Shown: one piece after another, positions 21,800 through 31,639 of the stretch
Layout of the letters: each line of letters starts with the position of its first letter
How positions within the stretch are numbered: position 1 is the first letter of the stretch
DNA from: an uncultured delta proteobacterium
GTDB taxonomy: Bacteria > Myxococcota_A > Polyangia > Fen-1088
Assembly: GCA_963737265.1 (NCBI GenBank)
Contig: CAVTRY010000022.1
Coordinates: 362,973 to 426,972, forward strand
Direction: 5' to 3'
DNA: 64,000 bases
Translations under genes and position numbers: made by a program
The notes under the pieces: model-generated
What the model saw: the letters and a program-made list of their open reading frames with translations, nothing else
The model's database searches: none
What the model was told of the DNA's origin: nothing

Positions 21800-22726
21800 G
21801 TGCAGCTAATGGCGTTCCCAAGACTGAAGCAGCTCACAGCCCCGGCGACCGGCCGTAGCTTTCCAATAGGGGCTACGCTGATAAACGGCGGTACCAATTT
21901 CTCAATCTTCTCCCGGACTGCCGCCAGCATTGAGCTGCTGCTTTTTGATAACGTGGATGACGCTCGCCCTTCCTGTGTGATTCCCATCGATCCCTTAGCG
22001 AACCGCACGTACCATTACTGGCACGTATTCGTGCCCGGGGTGAAAGCGGGTCAGGTCTACGGATTCCGGGCCTTCGGGCCGTTCCAGCCAGATCGGGGTC
22101 TCAGGTTCGATCCATCCAAGCTACTGCTCGACCCGTATGCTCGTGCTATCGTGGTCCCCAAAAACTATTCCCGTGAGGCAGCCCGTCGGGAAGGCGACAA
22201 CCTAGCGACGGCCATGAAGAGCGTGGTCACGGACCCGCACGCGTATGACTGGGAAGGTGACGTGCCCCTGAAGCGGCCGTGGTCGCGCAGTATCATTTAC
22301 GAGATGCATGTGCGCGGTTTTACCGCACATCCCAGCTCCGGTCTGCCAGAATCGAAACGTGGTACGTACGCCGCATTAGTCGACAAGATCCCCTACCTTC
22401 GGCAATTGGGGGTTACCGCGGTCGAGCTGCTTCCCGTCTTTCAGTTTGATCCCCAAGACGCGCCTCGGGGCCGAAGAAACTACTGGGGTTATTCCCCGGT
22501 TGCATTTTTTGCACCGCACCAGGCATACAGCTCGCGTCAGGAACGGCTGGGCGCGGTTGATGAGTTTCGAGACATGGTGAAGGCGCTGCACCGAGCCGGC
22601 ATCGAAGTGATTCTGGACGTAGTCTTTAATCACACGGCGGAAGGCGGACAGGACGGCCCAACACAATGCTTCCGCGGACTTGATAATCCGACTTACTACC
22701 TCCTGGGGGCAGACCAATCACTTTAC
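21800..22726 (+). pseudogene. glgX: glycogen debranching enzyme, 3' truncated at junction
   Basis: PIGATL..GGTNFS, LLDPYAR, IYEMHVRGFT, VELLPV, NYWGY, VILDVVFNHTAEG; stops before the GH13 catalytic GFRFD region. Confidence 0.9.
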
Positions 22727-24340
22727 CGGGTAAGCGGCATTCACTCCTACTACGCCAGCGATGATGACAGGAATCGGACGAAGCTCGTGCTGGAGGCCCT
22801 GATCCGCTCCTTACCGGAGAGATCCATGCGCCTGCAAGTGCGATTTGAGATTGCCGAAGGAGCTGACGACCTGATCGCACGCTACAACCGGGAGCAACAG
22901 AATCCCAGCGCGGTTCTTCAGGCAGTAGATCGCGAACAATCCGACCTCTGGCTGAAGAAAAACGCAGAGGGCTATTACCTGCAACAGCTGCTGCACTTCT
23001 ACTTCATCTGGGACCCGCGCATCCACCACCAGTCGCCGGAGGTGGAGTGGAAAAAGAAGATGCGCAGTTCGAGCTTCAGCATGTCGGCCAACAAGTGCAT
23101 CGAGCGCAGCCGGAGAGAGCATGAGGACCTGGTCGCCGAGTTCAACAGTCTGATGTCCGGAGTCGAGGCCTCGCTGCAGGCCACCGGCATGAAGATCGAG
23201 CGGCTCACGCAAAACGACATTTTCCTGGAGGTCAAGCGGGCCCTCAATCCGCTCGTGAACGACAAACGGCCGTTTCTTCCTCCGAGAGAATCGCTGGTGT
23301 ACGAGAGTGCGCGAAGCCAGATGGCCAGCGTCAACATCGAGGATGAACTCGATGAGCACGTCAAGATCGGCGGACTACTGTACTCGTTCATCAGCCTGAA
23401 AGACCTTCCCGACGCCACCTTCCCTGGAGTGTTGCGGGAACTGGTGGTGATGGACTTCCCGATCATCATCAACGCCGAAGTTGTACTTCCCGATCAGACG
23501 AAGGCGGTGAAGCAGTACAAGAGCCGGCTGCGCAAAATGACTGCGGCACAGAAGGACATCCACGGAGGGTTCCGGCTCAATGTGGACGCCCAGGTGGCGG
23601 AGCATCAACTGATCAAGGTCCTGCAGGAGTTGATTTCGAGCTCGCTGAAATCCTGCCAGCTCAGCCTGACCATTGCCGTCCGCACCTCACGTGCAGCCCG
23701 CAATCGCTTTGAGGCGGAGGAAGCGGAACGCACTCTTGCCGATCGCCGGCAGCGGGTGTTGCACGCCATCGGGCGCATGAACGGCGCACGCGGGATTCCG
23801 GAGACATTGGCGCAAAAGCGCTTCTTCTTTTCCAGTCTCCCGGGACTCGGTGAGATCAACAAGCGGGAAAAGGATGTTCTCACCCTTCACGCAGCCGACC
23901 TGCTGCCGGTGGAGATGCCATGGAAAGGAACGCCCAATTCTCCGTTGATGCTGTTTGAAACTCCCTACCGCCAGCTCATACCGTTCTCGCCGTTCGATTC
24001 CGGGTTGGGTGACGCCAACATGCTCATCATGGCGAAGAGCGGTGGAGGCAAGACGTTCCTCGCGCAGCTCAAGCTGTTGATGATGGCACGTGCCCGTCCG
24101 CTGGTGTCGATTCTGGAGCGCGGGGATTCTTACGAACCGCTGGTCGATCTGATGGGCGGCCGTGTGATCAATGTCGATCTGGATGGCAGAGAGACGCTGA
24201 ATCCGTGGGACCTCCCGGAAGGCGAGACGGGTCCCAGCAATGAGAAGACGGCATTTCTGAAGAACCTGACGCGGCACATGCTCGGCGACAGTCATAACTC
24301 GGACACGTCGCTGCTGGACAACGTGCTCACCGATGCGATT
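22727..24340 (+). CDS. virB4: VirB4-like T4SS ATPase, truncated at both ends
   Basis: DLLPVEMPWKG, FSPFD...ANMLIMAKSGGGKT (Walker A), ILERGDSY, LNPWDL; Walker B half missing. Confidence 0.85.
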
Positions 24341-24470
24341 ACGCAATCCTGCAATCGCTGATGTCCGCGCTTCAGATCACCGATCCGATGCAGTTTAACG
24401 GATCGTGGCTGCAGGCGTTTGTCGGCTCCAGCCAGATGATCGTGATGAGTGTCGCCAGCGTGCTGTTGGC
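24340..24470 (+). pseudogene. internal fragment of a hydrophobic VirB6/TrbL-like protein
   Basis: Frame from 24340 reads YAILQSLMSALQITDPMQFNGSWLQAFVGSSQMIVMSVASVLLA (TM-rich); not in ORF track. Confidence 0.45.
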
Positions 24471-25105
24471 GATCATGGTTGCCGGCTCTCAACCGATGGT
24501 GTCGCTGCCGTTGCCCAGGCGCAACTGCAGCTGAGAGGCACACTGGTCCTTCATTCGGAAACCGCTGCAAGAAACGGCGGGGATTTTGACTTCGATATGG
24601 TGTGCCTGGTCGAGGACAACCGTTTTCCACGGTTCGTCGCAGACCGGTGCGCCTACGAGGAACAACACACCGCCACTAAGAAGAAGAACCCTAAACCTCC
24701 AGTCCCTGGTGGAACCTTCCGCAAGTTTCAATGCAGGCCCGCGGAAATCAGATCGGCGCCATAACCGATTTGAAGACCTCGTGCCTGGCAAAAGGAAGGC
24801 CAGACCTGGCGCGGGAATTGGTGGACCAGCTTCAGAATGCGCTGGATCAACTGAAGCACGGTACCCAACCCGATCAGGAGGTCATCCGCAATATCCGCAA
24901 CGATGTGCCCACAGCGCCTTGGCTGAAGCTGAAACAGAAACGACGGATCGAAGACATGGACGAGCACATTGAAGTCGATGCCAACGATAAGGTCGGAAGA
25001 CTCTACAACTTCACGCGCAAGGAACTGGGGCGGTTCTTCGGTAGTGCCGCCACGGCGCGCTTGAGCGATTTCCGGGGAGTAATCGGAGGTCAGAGCTTTA
25101 ACTAA
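24470..25105 (+). pseudogene. fragment of a double-psi-beta-barrel (two-barrel) RNA polymerase-like protein (frameshift ~24700)
   Basis: GTLVLHSETAARNGGDFDFDMVCLV (DxDxD at 24582-24596), followed after a frameshift by WWNLPQVSMQARGNQIGAITDLKTSCLA...LARELVDQLQNALDQLKHG. Confidence 0.65.
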
Positions 25106-25182
25106 CCATAACCGTCCAGGAGACTTCGGAGGGAGTCTCCTGGATGTACAACATTCGGACTGAAGGAAGGAACAAACAAGCC

Positions 25183-26062
25183 ATGAGACGCGTTGTGTTG
25201 ATGTTCGCAGTGCTGGCCGCGGTACTTGTCCCGGCTGTTGCGCAGAAGATTGAGACCGAAACCAGTGACCGCACCCGCATCGTCCATCTGAAGACGGCGT
25301 TGAACCACCTCACGGTCATCGAGGTCGGCGAACCGGTCGTGCAGGTGGCAGCCGGGAGCCCATCATTCAAGGTCGAGTGGCGGGAAAACAAGGTATTTGT
25401 CCAGCCCACCGAAGCCGATGCCGCAACCAACTTGTTCATCTGGACGGCCAATCAGCGCCTGAACTACGAACTGGAGCCCGCCGACTCGGTGACAAACATG
25501 GACTTTGCCGTCGACCAGGCGCCTGTGCACCTGGAGCCGGTTAAGCCGACGGCTGCGACTGCGCCTGTCCCGGTTTCGCCATCGATAACCGAACTGCTGC
25601 TCACGGGAAAGCCAATTCGACTTCTGCCCTCAAAGCAGCGCGCCTCGAAGCCGGTCGAGGTGTGGATCAGCGACCTGTACGAAAAAGATGGCCGCCTGTT
25701 GGTTCGCTACACCGTCTGCAACCACGGCACCGAACCATACGCCATTGACACCCCGCTGGTGTACCAGTTGGACGGGGTGCGGTCTGCCCAGTCCTTGTAC
25801 GGCCTACAGAACTCGCAGTTGGGCGACGAGCAAGCGGCCAAGCTCAAGATCAAGCAAGAGACGCCGGTGAAGAGTGCTGGATGGTCAGACCCAGACCGCG
25901 CGGATTGCTCCGGGCGAAGAAGCGGTTGGCGTGGTGGCCCTGGAGATGGCGTCAGGCACACAACCCACAGTCCTGCGCTTCCAGTTCTCCAGCTCCAAGC
26001 AATCGGAAGACGGATTGAGCAATGGCCCACAGACTCAGATCGCCGCATTTCTGGTGCGATAA
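25183..26062 (+). CDS. VirB9/TrbG/TraK-like conjugative transfer protein (frameshift ~25870)
   Basis: Signal peptide; LNHLTVIEVGEPVVQVAAGS..F..EWRENKVFVQP...TNLFIWT...YEL pattern. Confidence 0.7.
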
Positions 26063-26089
26063 GCGCCGAAGCGCAACCAGAGGCAAAAC

Positions 26090-26314
26090 ATGGCAGATCC
26101 ATTCACCGTCAAGCCGGTTTACAACGCGCTGAGCCAATACATCCGCAATCGAGCGGACATTGGTGCGGGCAGGGCCATGCGTGACGGTGTGCTGGAACCT
26201 TCCAACCCGTTTGAACGAAAAGCCGCGAGGCCACCCAGACGCTGGTTTGTGTTGTTGTCTCTCCTCGCCGCGATGGTGTTTGGCTTCTTTGTTTACTTTA
26301 ACAACCTCCTGTAA
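26090..26314 (+). CDS. small membrane protein of tra cluster
   Basis: 74 aa with C-terminal TM helix, GAGG RBS. Confidence 0.6.
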   Translation: MADPFTVKPVYNALSQYIRNRADIGAGRAMRDGVLEPSNPFERKAARPPRRWFVLLSLLAAMVFGFFVYFNNLL

Positions 26315-26318
26315 GGCT

Positions 26319-26580
26319 ATGAATATGAACGATAAAAACGATGCAAACGAAGTAAACCTCCCGCCCCAACCGAGCTGGGCAGCGATGCGCGAGAGCAGAT
26401 TCGCGACTGGGAGTTTCTCTTCTGGGCTTTCCTGCTGTTCGGCTTGGCTCGGCTGGCTGGCTGTATCTCTACCGGCCGGAGAACAATGCCTTTCATTTGG
26501 GCCTCTCGTGCGGGTTCGTGTTCTGCGGCGTCCTGGGGTTTCTCATGCGCTGGGTGTTTAGCCCGAAGAGGAGGAAATAA
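26319..26580 (+). CDS. small two-TM protein (frameshifted)
   Basis: Pieces WEFLFWAFLLFGL and GWLYLYRPENNAFHLGLSCGFVFCGVLGFLMRWVFSPKRRK* in successive frames, ending just before virD4. Confidence 0.45.
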
Positions 26581-26582
26581 TA

Positions 26583-28367
26583 ATGATGCGCGAATCGTAC
26601 GCCAACCGGCAGCAGAACCCGCCAGTCCTGGAGAGCATGGAGATCGTGGTCGCCCTCGTTCTGATGGCGGTGTGCTGGTTCTCCTGGTACGTAGCCCACG
26701 AGCGTTACAACTTGACGAACCGCCAGATTGCCGAGGTGGCATGCTACCTGGCTCTCGGCGGCTTGGCCATCGCCGGCTCCGCCATATTGATTGCCACCGC
26801 GCGCTCCCGCCGGGAGAAGCAATGGCCCCATCCACCGATGGTTGTCTCCCGCAAACGGGACGAGCAGTTTACGTCCGAAGCCTGGAAGCAAGACGCCGTG
26901 GTCCTCGGCTACGACATCCACGGCAAGCCTTGGTACTGGCCGGACAGAGTGCGCGTCATGCAGGGCATCGTGCTGGGCATGACCGGGTCCGGCAAGACCA
27001 CGCTTCTGAAGAACATCATTACGCAGGACATGGCGCGCGTGGTCGGCACTCCGAAGGATCCACACCGGTTGCCGATGGTGATCTTTGATGGCAAGGGGGA
27101 TCTCGAGTTCTTTTACGATCTTCTGCCGCACGTCCACCGAGCCGGACGGCTGCATCAACTGCGAGTCCTGAATCCCGCGCGCCCGGATATTTCCGTCCGG
27201 TACAACCCGTTCTACTGCAACGACGAGGACTACATGGCCGTCGTCAACATGGTCTTCGGCTCCTTCAACCTGCACGACGAGTTCTTTGCCAAGCACCAGT
27301 TGAACTATCTGGCCGACATCGTTCGCGTGCTGGTGTACACCGGCCGGAAGATCAACGTCTATGACGTGCTGGTCGCGGCCATTGACGAACAGGTGCTGCG
27401 CGAACAGGTCGAAAAGGCACGTCAGCGACTGGAACACGACCCATCCATTCCCGTGCAGCGCCGCCTGAACTTCGAGATGTCGGTTAGAAACCTCTACCAG
27501 TCGTTTGCAGACCGCGAGCGTGTGCCAAAGATCCAGGGCTTGGTCAACGAGTGTATGACGCTTCTCGACGATGAACTGAGCGTGATCACCGGCCCGTACG
27601 AGGATCTGTTGTCGCTGGATGAAGTGATCGAGCAGGAGCTGATCCTGTTCGTCACCTTGAACGTCAACAAGAACACCGAGCCGGTACGGGCTCTGGGGAA
27701 GATGCTGTTGCAAAACCTGCAACTGGTCGTTGGCAAACGGTACGAGAGTGAGGAACAGCGGCGGCGCACCAACCGCCCGATGTTCAGCGTCGTGTTGGAC
27801 GAGTTTGCGCCGTTCGGATACCGGAACTTCGCACAGATCCTGCAGACCGCCCGCGGCACTCACACGGCGTTTCTGTTCTCAATGCAAAGCCTGCCGCAAC
27901 TGATGCAGGTCGGCCGGGGCTTTAAGGAAGACGTAACCTCGGCGCCGAACACGACTCTGACGTTGCGCACCCGCGACGAGGAAACGGCCCGCTATTTCTT
28001 GCGGGCCTCGGCCGAGCACACCGTCACCCGGCGCAGCGTGTCGATGCACCGCCAGCGACTATTTGGTTACGAGAAGTACGAGGCAACCGACCGGGCCACG
28101 GAGAGCGAAGACCGTGAGACCCGCGCACTCGATGAGCACATCAAGAATCTTCCCAAGGGACAGATGGAGATTCTGATGACGGATGACACGCGCGGCACAT
28201 TGCACCAGTTGTTGCACGTCCGTCCGCCGCAGGATGTCACCTTCCCGAACTTCGAGCCGAAGTTGTACCCGCGGCTGCTGGAATCCGTGGAGGAATCAGC
28301 TGGCGCGAACCTGCGGTTCAAAACGCCTGAGTTGGCGGCAACCACCCGTTTTGCCCGTCGCGGATAA
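26583..28367 (+). CDS. virD4: VirD4/TraD-like type IV coupling protein
   Basis: Two N-terminal TMs, GMTGSGKT, IFDGKGD, YNPF, VVLDEF, ARG...MQSLPQL. Confidence 0.92.
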   Translation: MMRESYANRQQNPPVLESMEIVVALVLMAVCWFSWYVAHERYNLTNRQIAEVACYLALGGLAIAGSAILIATARSRREKQWPHPPMVVSRKRDEQFTSEAWKQDAVVLGYDIHGKPWYWPDRVRVMQGIVLGMTGSGKTTLLKNIITQDMARVVGTPKDPHRLPMVIFDGKGDLEFFYDLLPHVHRAGRLHQLRVLNPARPDISVRYNPFYCNDEDYMAVVNMVFGSFNLHDEFFAKHQLNYLADIVRVLVYTGRKINVYDVLVAAIDEQVLREQVEKARQRLEHDPSIPVQRRLNFEMSVRNLYQSFADRERVPKIQGLVNECMTLLDDELSVITGPYEDLLSLDEVIEQELILFVTLNVNKNTEPVRALGKMLLQNLQLVVGKRYESEEQRRRTNRPMFSVVLDEFAPFGYRNFAQILQTARGTHTAFLFSMQSLPQLMQVGRGFKEDVTSAPNTTLTLRTRDEETARYFLRASAEHTVTRRSVSMHRQRLFGYEKYEATDRATESEDRETRALDEHIKNLPKGQMEILMTDDTRGTLHQLLHVRPPQDVTFPNFEPKLYPRLLESVEESAGANLRFKTPELAATTRFARRG

Positions 28368-28384
28368 GGAGAGAGGACACGACC

Positions 28385-29201
28385 ATGAAGCGAACGATCG
28401 CAATCGTCACACTCGCAGTGGTGGGACTGATCACAGCCGGTCCTGCCATCGCACAGCAACGGCCGCAATCTCCGGTTGCGTTACGTGGGCAACGACAGGC
28501 GCAGCCCCAGGGGCAACGACAAGCTCCGCCGGCGCGTCCGATGTACCAACGCCGTGACACCTGGTACGAGTTCCTGCTCAAGCAGTTTAATCCCAGCAAT
28601 TTCGATTACGGCGCGTGGATCGAAGAACGGCGTCAGGTGTTCCTCGACGCAAGCGTGCGGAACCCGTACTTCAAGTACAGCTTCGGCACGACGATTGCGC
28701 TGCATGTTCATGGCCGTGCTGTGCACCAAGCAATGGATCGACCACCGTCGCGCCATGTGGATTACGGCGGAGATGATGACGGATTTGTACAACCACGATC
28801 TCTACTCGCGGGAAGTCGCTGAGAAGGCGATCCAGAAATACAACCAGCACATCGAACGCTGCAACCGCGCAATCGAAGCTGCCCAACATGGTAGTGCGCT
28901 ACCGGTGGCGACTGCAGACGCGGATCAACTTAACGCCCAACTGCAAAAGACCGCAGGCGAACTTAACGTGGCAAACACGGACAACGCCGCTCTCCAGGAA
29001 CAGCTGACGCAGAAGTCCAACGTGATTGTGGAGTTGTCCTTGCGAGTGGACGCTCTGTTAAAGAAGAATGGCGGAAACTTGGCAAGCTTGCAGCCGATTG
29101 ATCTGAGCGGTGCTGACCCTAACCTGATAAAGCATATCAACGACCTGCAAGAGCAACTGGTTGTCGAGCGCAAGAAAAACCGGCAACTCAAGGGTGCATA
29201 A
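28385..29201 (+). CDS. membrane-anchored coiled-coil protein (frameshift ~28700)
   Basis: Signal peptide, TM segment and long coiled-coil C-terminus across two frames. Confidence 0.6.
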
Positions 29202-29203
29202 CG

Positions 29204-29749
29204 GTGCTGGTCGCGGTGACAGAATTTGGCAGCGTGTGGCGCAGGCGATTCAGCAAGAACGAACATGACCTGAACCGGTTTGCCCATGGAGCCTACTTCA
29301 ACACAACCGGTGTGATGGTGAACGGCCACGTGCGACAGCGCCCGCTAGTTCTTGGTTACGCAAAGTTCAACGGCGCCGGCGGCTTCGATCCTAACTTTCC
29401 TTCCCGAATGATCAATCGTGTTTTCGAGTGTGCCGATATGTGCGTCTGGAATGGCGCGAACAAACTTCTGTTCCGGCGACTCCTTCCTCACGGCGAGGTG
29501 CCTGACTTGTTCCTGGTTGTCGCTCGGCCTGATGTCACTGGAAGACTATTGATGGGTTCGGAGGGCTGGCGGTCCGACGACACCTGGCTGCTGGCGTTCA
29601 GCGAAGACGGGCAACGGCAGGAAGCCATGTTGCTAATGCCGGCACATGCTTGGATCCGTAGCGTGCTGGGAACGTTCGTACTGGAACCGCGCTCAACTCC
29701 ATGGATTGCAACCTTGCGCCTGCAGGACTGCGCCAAGGCGGCGAGGTGA
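29204..29749 (+). CDS. hypothetical protein of conjugative backbone
   Basis: 181 aa, tightly coupled to neighbours (2-3 bp gaps). Confidence 0.6.
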   Translation: MLVAVTEFGSVWRRRFSKNEHDLNRFAHGAYFNTTGVMVNGHVRQRPLVLGYAKFNGAGGFDPNFPSRMINRVFECADMCVWNGANKLLFRRLLPHGEVPDLFLVVARPDVTGRLLMGSEGWRSDDTWLLAFSEDGQRQEAMLLMPAHAWIRSVLGTFVLEPRSTPWIATLRLQDCAKAAR

Positions 29750-29752
29750 GAT

Positions 29753-30520
29753 GTGCGCTACCCGAAAGACAGTCTGCACTTGGGCCGCGAACATGATTAT
29801 CCTTTACTGCGGCAGCTTGCGCACTCCCGCTTTGCCACGCGCAGCCAACTGTTCGAATACATGCAGCTACGCGGTTGTAGCGAATGCCGCCGGTCATTCA
29901 ACTGGAGAACCCAAAGGCTCATTCAGCATGACCTTGTCAGCAGACGGACGGTGCCCGCGTTGGGAGCGGAGTACGTCTACGCGCTGACGACGCATGGCGC
30001 CGTAACTCTGGAAGAGATCGAGCAGCGCTTCTCGCTCTCGCTGAGTGCGGATCGCAACCAGGGTGAAGACCTGAGCGTGATCCACTCGGTCGAACTCAAC
30101 AACATCGAACTGCGAGTGGCAAAAGCCGGGCTGTTGGCACGATGGATCCCGGAAGCAGAGATCCGCTCGGAGAACGCACTGACAAACCTGGCCTACAGGA
30201 AAGAATACGACGCCGTTGTCACGTTGCGGCTCGGCAGCCGCGAGGTGACATTTGCGTTGGAGTACGAACGGACGCCCAAGTCTCGAAGTAAATATGACAA
30301 GATCGCGGAGGATATGTGCCGGGAAGAAAACGTGGATCACTTCCTGTACTTGACTGCCAACGAGCATTTGCTGAGGTTCGCGTCCTGGTCCTTCCGAGAT
30401 CTTCAGCGGCGTGTCTATTTCGGGCTTGTCACAGACTGGCACCGGCAGTTGCTCGACATGCCAGCCTTCAGTTGGAAGGCGAAACGGTATGTTCCACTCA
30501 AGACTTTGCTTGCTCAATGA
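29753..30520 (+). CDS. replication-relaxation family protein (MOB_C-like relaxase)
   Basis: N-terminal wHTH (RFATRSQL...VYALT..G), HSVELN, W..E, YDAVV...FALEYERTPKS PD-(D/E)XK-type motif. Confidence 0.8.
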   Translation: MRYPKDSLHLGREHDYPLLRQLAHSRFATRSQLFEYMQLRGCSECRRSFNWRTQRLIQHDLVSRRTVPALGAEYVYALTTHGAVTLEEIEQRFSLSLSADRNQGEDLSVIHSVELNNIELRVAKAGLLARWIPEAEIRSENALTNLAYRKEYDAVVTLRLGSREVTFALEYERTPKSRSKYDKIAEDMCREENVDHFLYLTANEHLLRFASWSFRDLQRRVYFGLVTDWHRQLLDMPAFSWKAKRYVPLKTLLAQ

Positions 30521-31639
30521 CGGCGCGGCCACACGCGAACTTTCTCCAGTTTTGGCCCCAAACGACAATGGCGACGCGACGGAACCAACTCAATAGTCTC
30601 TTGGAACAAATGGGACTTGGCCCGAGGCACCAGACGTTGGCTGAGCTGTCTGGCGGTTCTGGCAGCCGAGGTTTAAGCGGTATGCCTACCCTTTGCCTGC
30701 CTGTTGTCTGCTCATTGCCTGCTCGGGGGTACTCGCAACTATTCGTATTCTCAATGAGATGCGGCTTGACTACTCCCCCATTCATGCAGGTTTTGCCTAT
30801 AAAACGACGGAACAGTTGTGGCATTCGCGCGCGCTATTGCGATGCATTGTGTGCAGCCATGATGACGCAGTTCTTGTACATGCTGAGTTGCTCGTTCCGG
30901 TTAGGTGTTCCGGCAGTTGCGGCGAAACTGTGCGCGCGCAAGTTGCACAAGCTGGTCCGGCGACACGCGCGGGTTGTGCGCACAGCAGTGGTTCGGTTTG
31001 GGCGATGAATGTACACGGCTATCGTTCGAGCCGCGCGGCGCTGTGTTGTGCGACTGATCCACCAGCATCGGTGGGGACATCCGTTGCCAATTGTTGTTAC
31101 TTACGCGCTGGTTGTTGCCGAACCGTGTGCATGGGCTGGTGCAAGACGAGTGGCAAGGTGCAAGCTCGTTTGAGATTCACTCTGCGTGGTCAGTCTGCGC
31201 CGTCGTGTGCACACTGCTGTGTAAGGATGCGCATCAGATGCACGCGGCTGTCGATTCCGGCTGCGAACGAGAATGCGCAGCTGATGTGCGAATCTTCGAA
31301 CTACGGCCGTGTGCCGGTTGCCACGGATGTTAACGGCGTTGTGGTGATGCTCGGGAGATGGACGTGCTCTTAGCACTCATGCACCGCTTGTTACATGGCG
31401 ACCATACATTCCGGTTTGCTCACTCAGGATGAATCAGGGATCAACTTGCGTACGCTCCCCCCACACCCACTGTGAGCGAACGAGTTCACTCGTTGCGGTT
31501 CGCTTACCGGGGAGACTAGAGACAAATATAATCAGCCGACGCCGGGTCGGTGGGTCTGGCGCAAGGGCAAACCTATTTCGTTTCTGGTGACGAATTGGTC
31601 ACGGGTGTTCCTCGGCCTGTGCTGAAAAGAAACGGTTGC
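30521..31639. other. non-coding region, candidate oriT
   Basis: No credible ORF; many GTGCAC-like words and palindromes; nested hairpin at 31472-31507; adjacent to relaxase. Confidence 0.4.

Noticed and set aside
21800-24361. 853-aa apparent GlgX-VirB4 fusion protein
   Set aside because: Both halves are cut mid-domain (GlgX lacks catalytic residues; VirB4 lacks N-terminus and Walker B); best explained as a chance in-frame junction.
26493-27863. 456-aa antisense ORF over virD4 (and similar long shadow ORFs over GT, xfp, WD40 and czcA genes)
   Set aside because: Expected stop-poor shadow frames of GC-rich genes; no motifs.
30316-31376. Cys-rich ORFs 30316-31008 and 30693-31373
   Set aside because: No RBS or family motifs; Cys richness follows from TGT/TGC-rich non-coding words.
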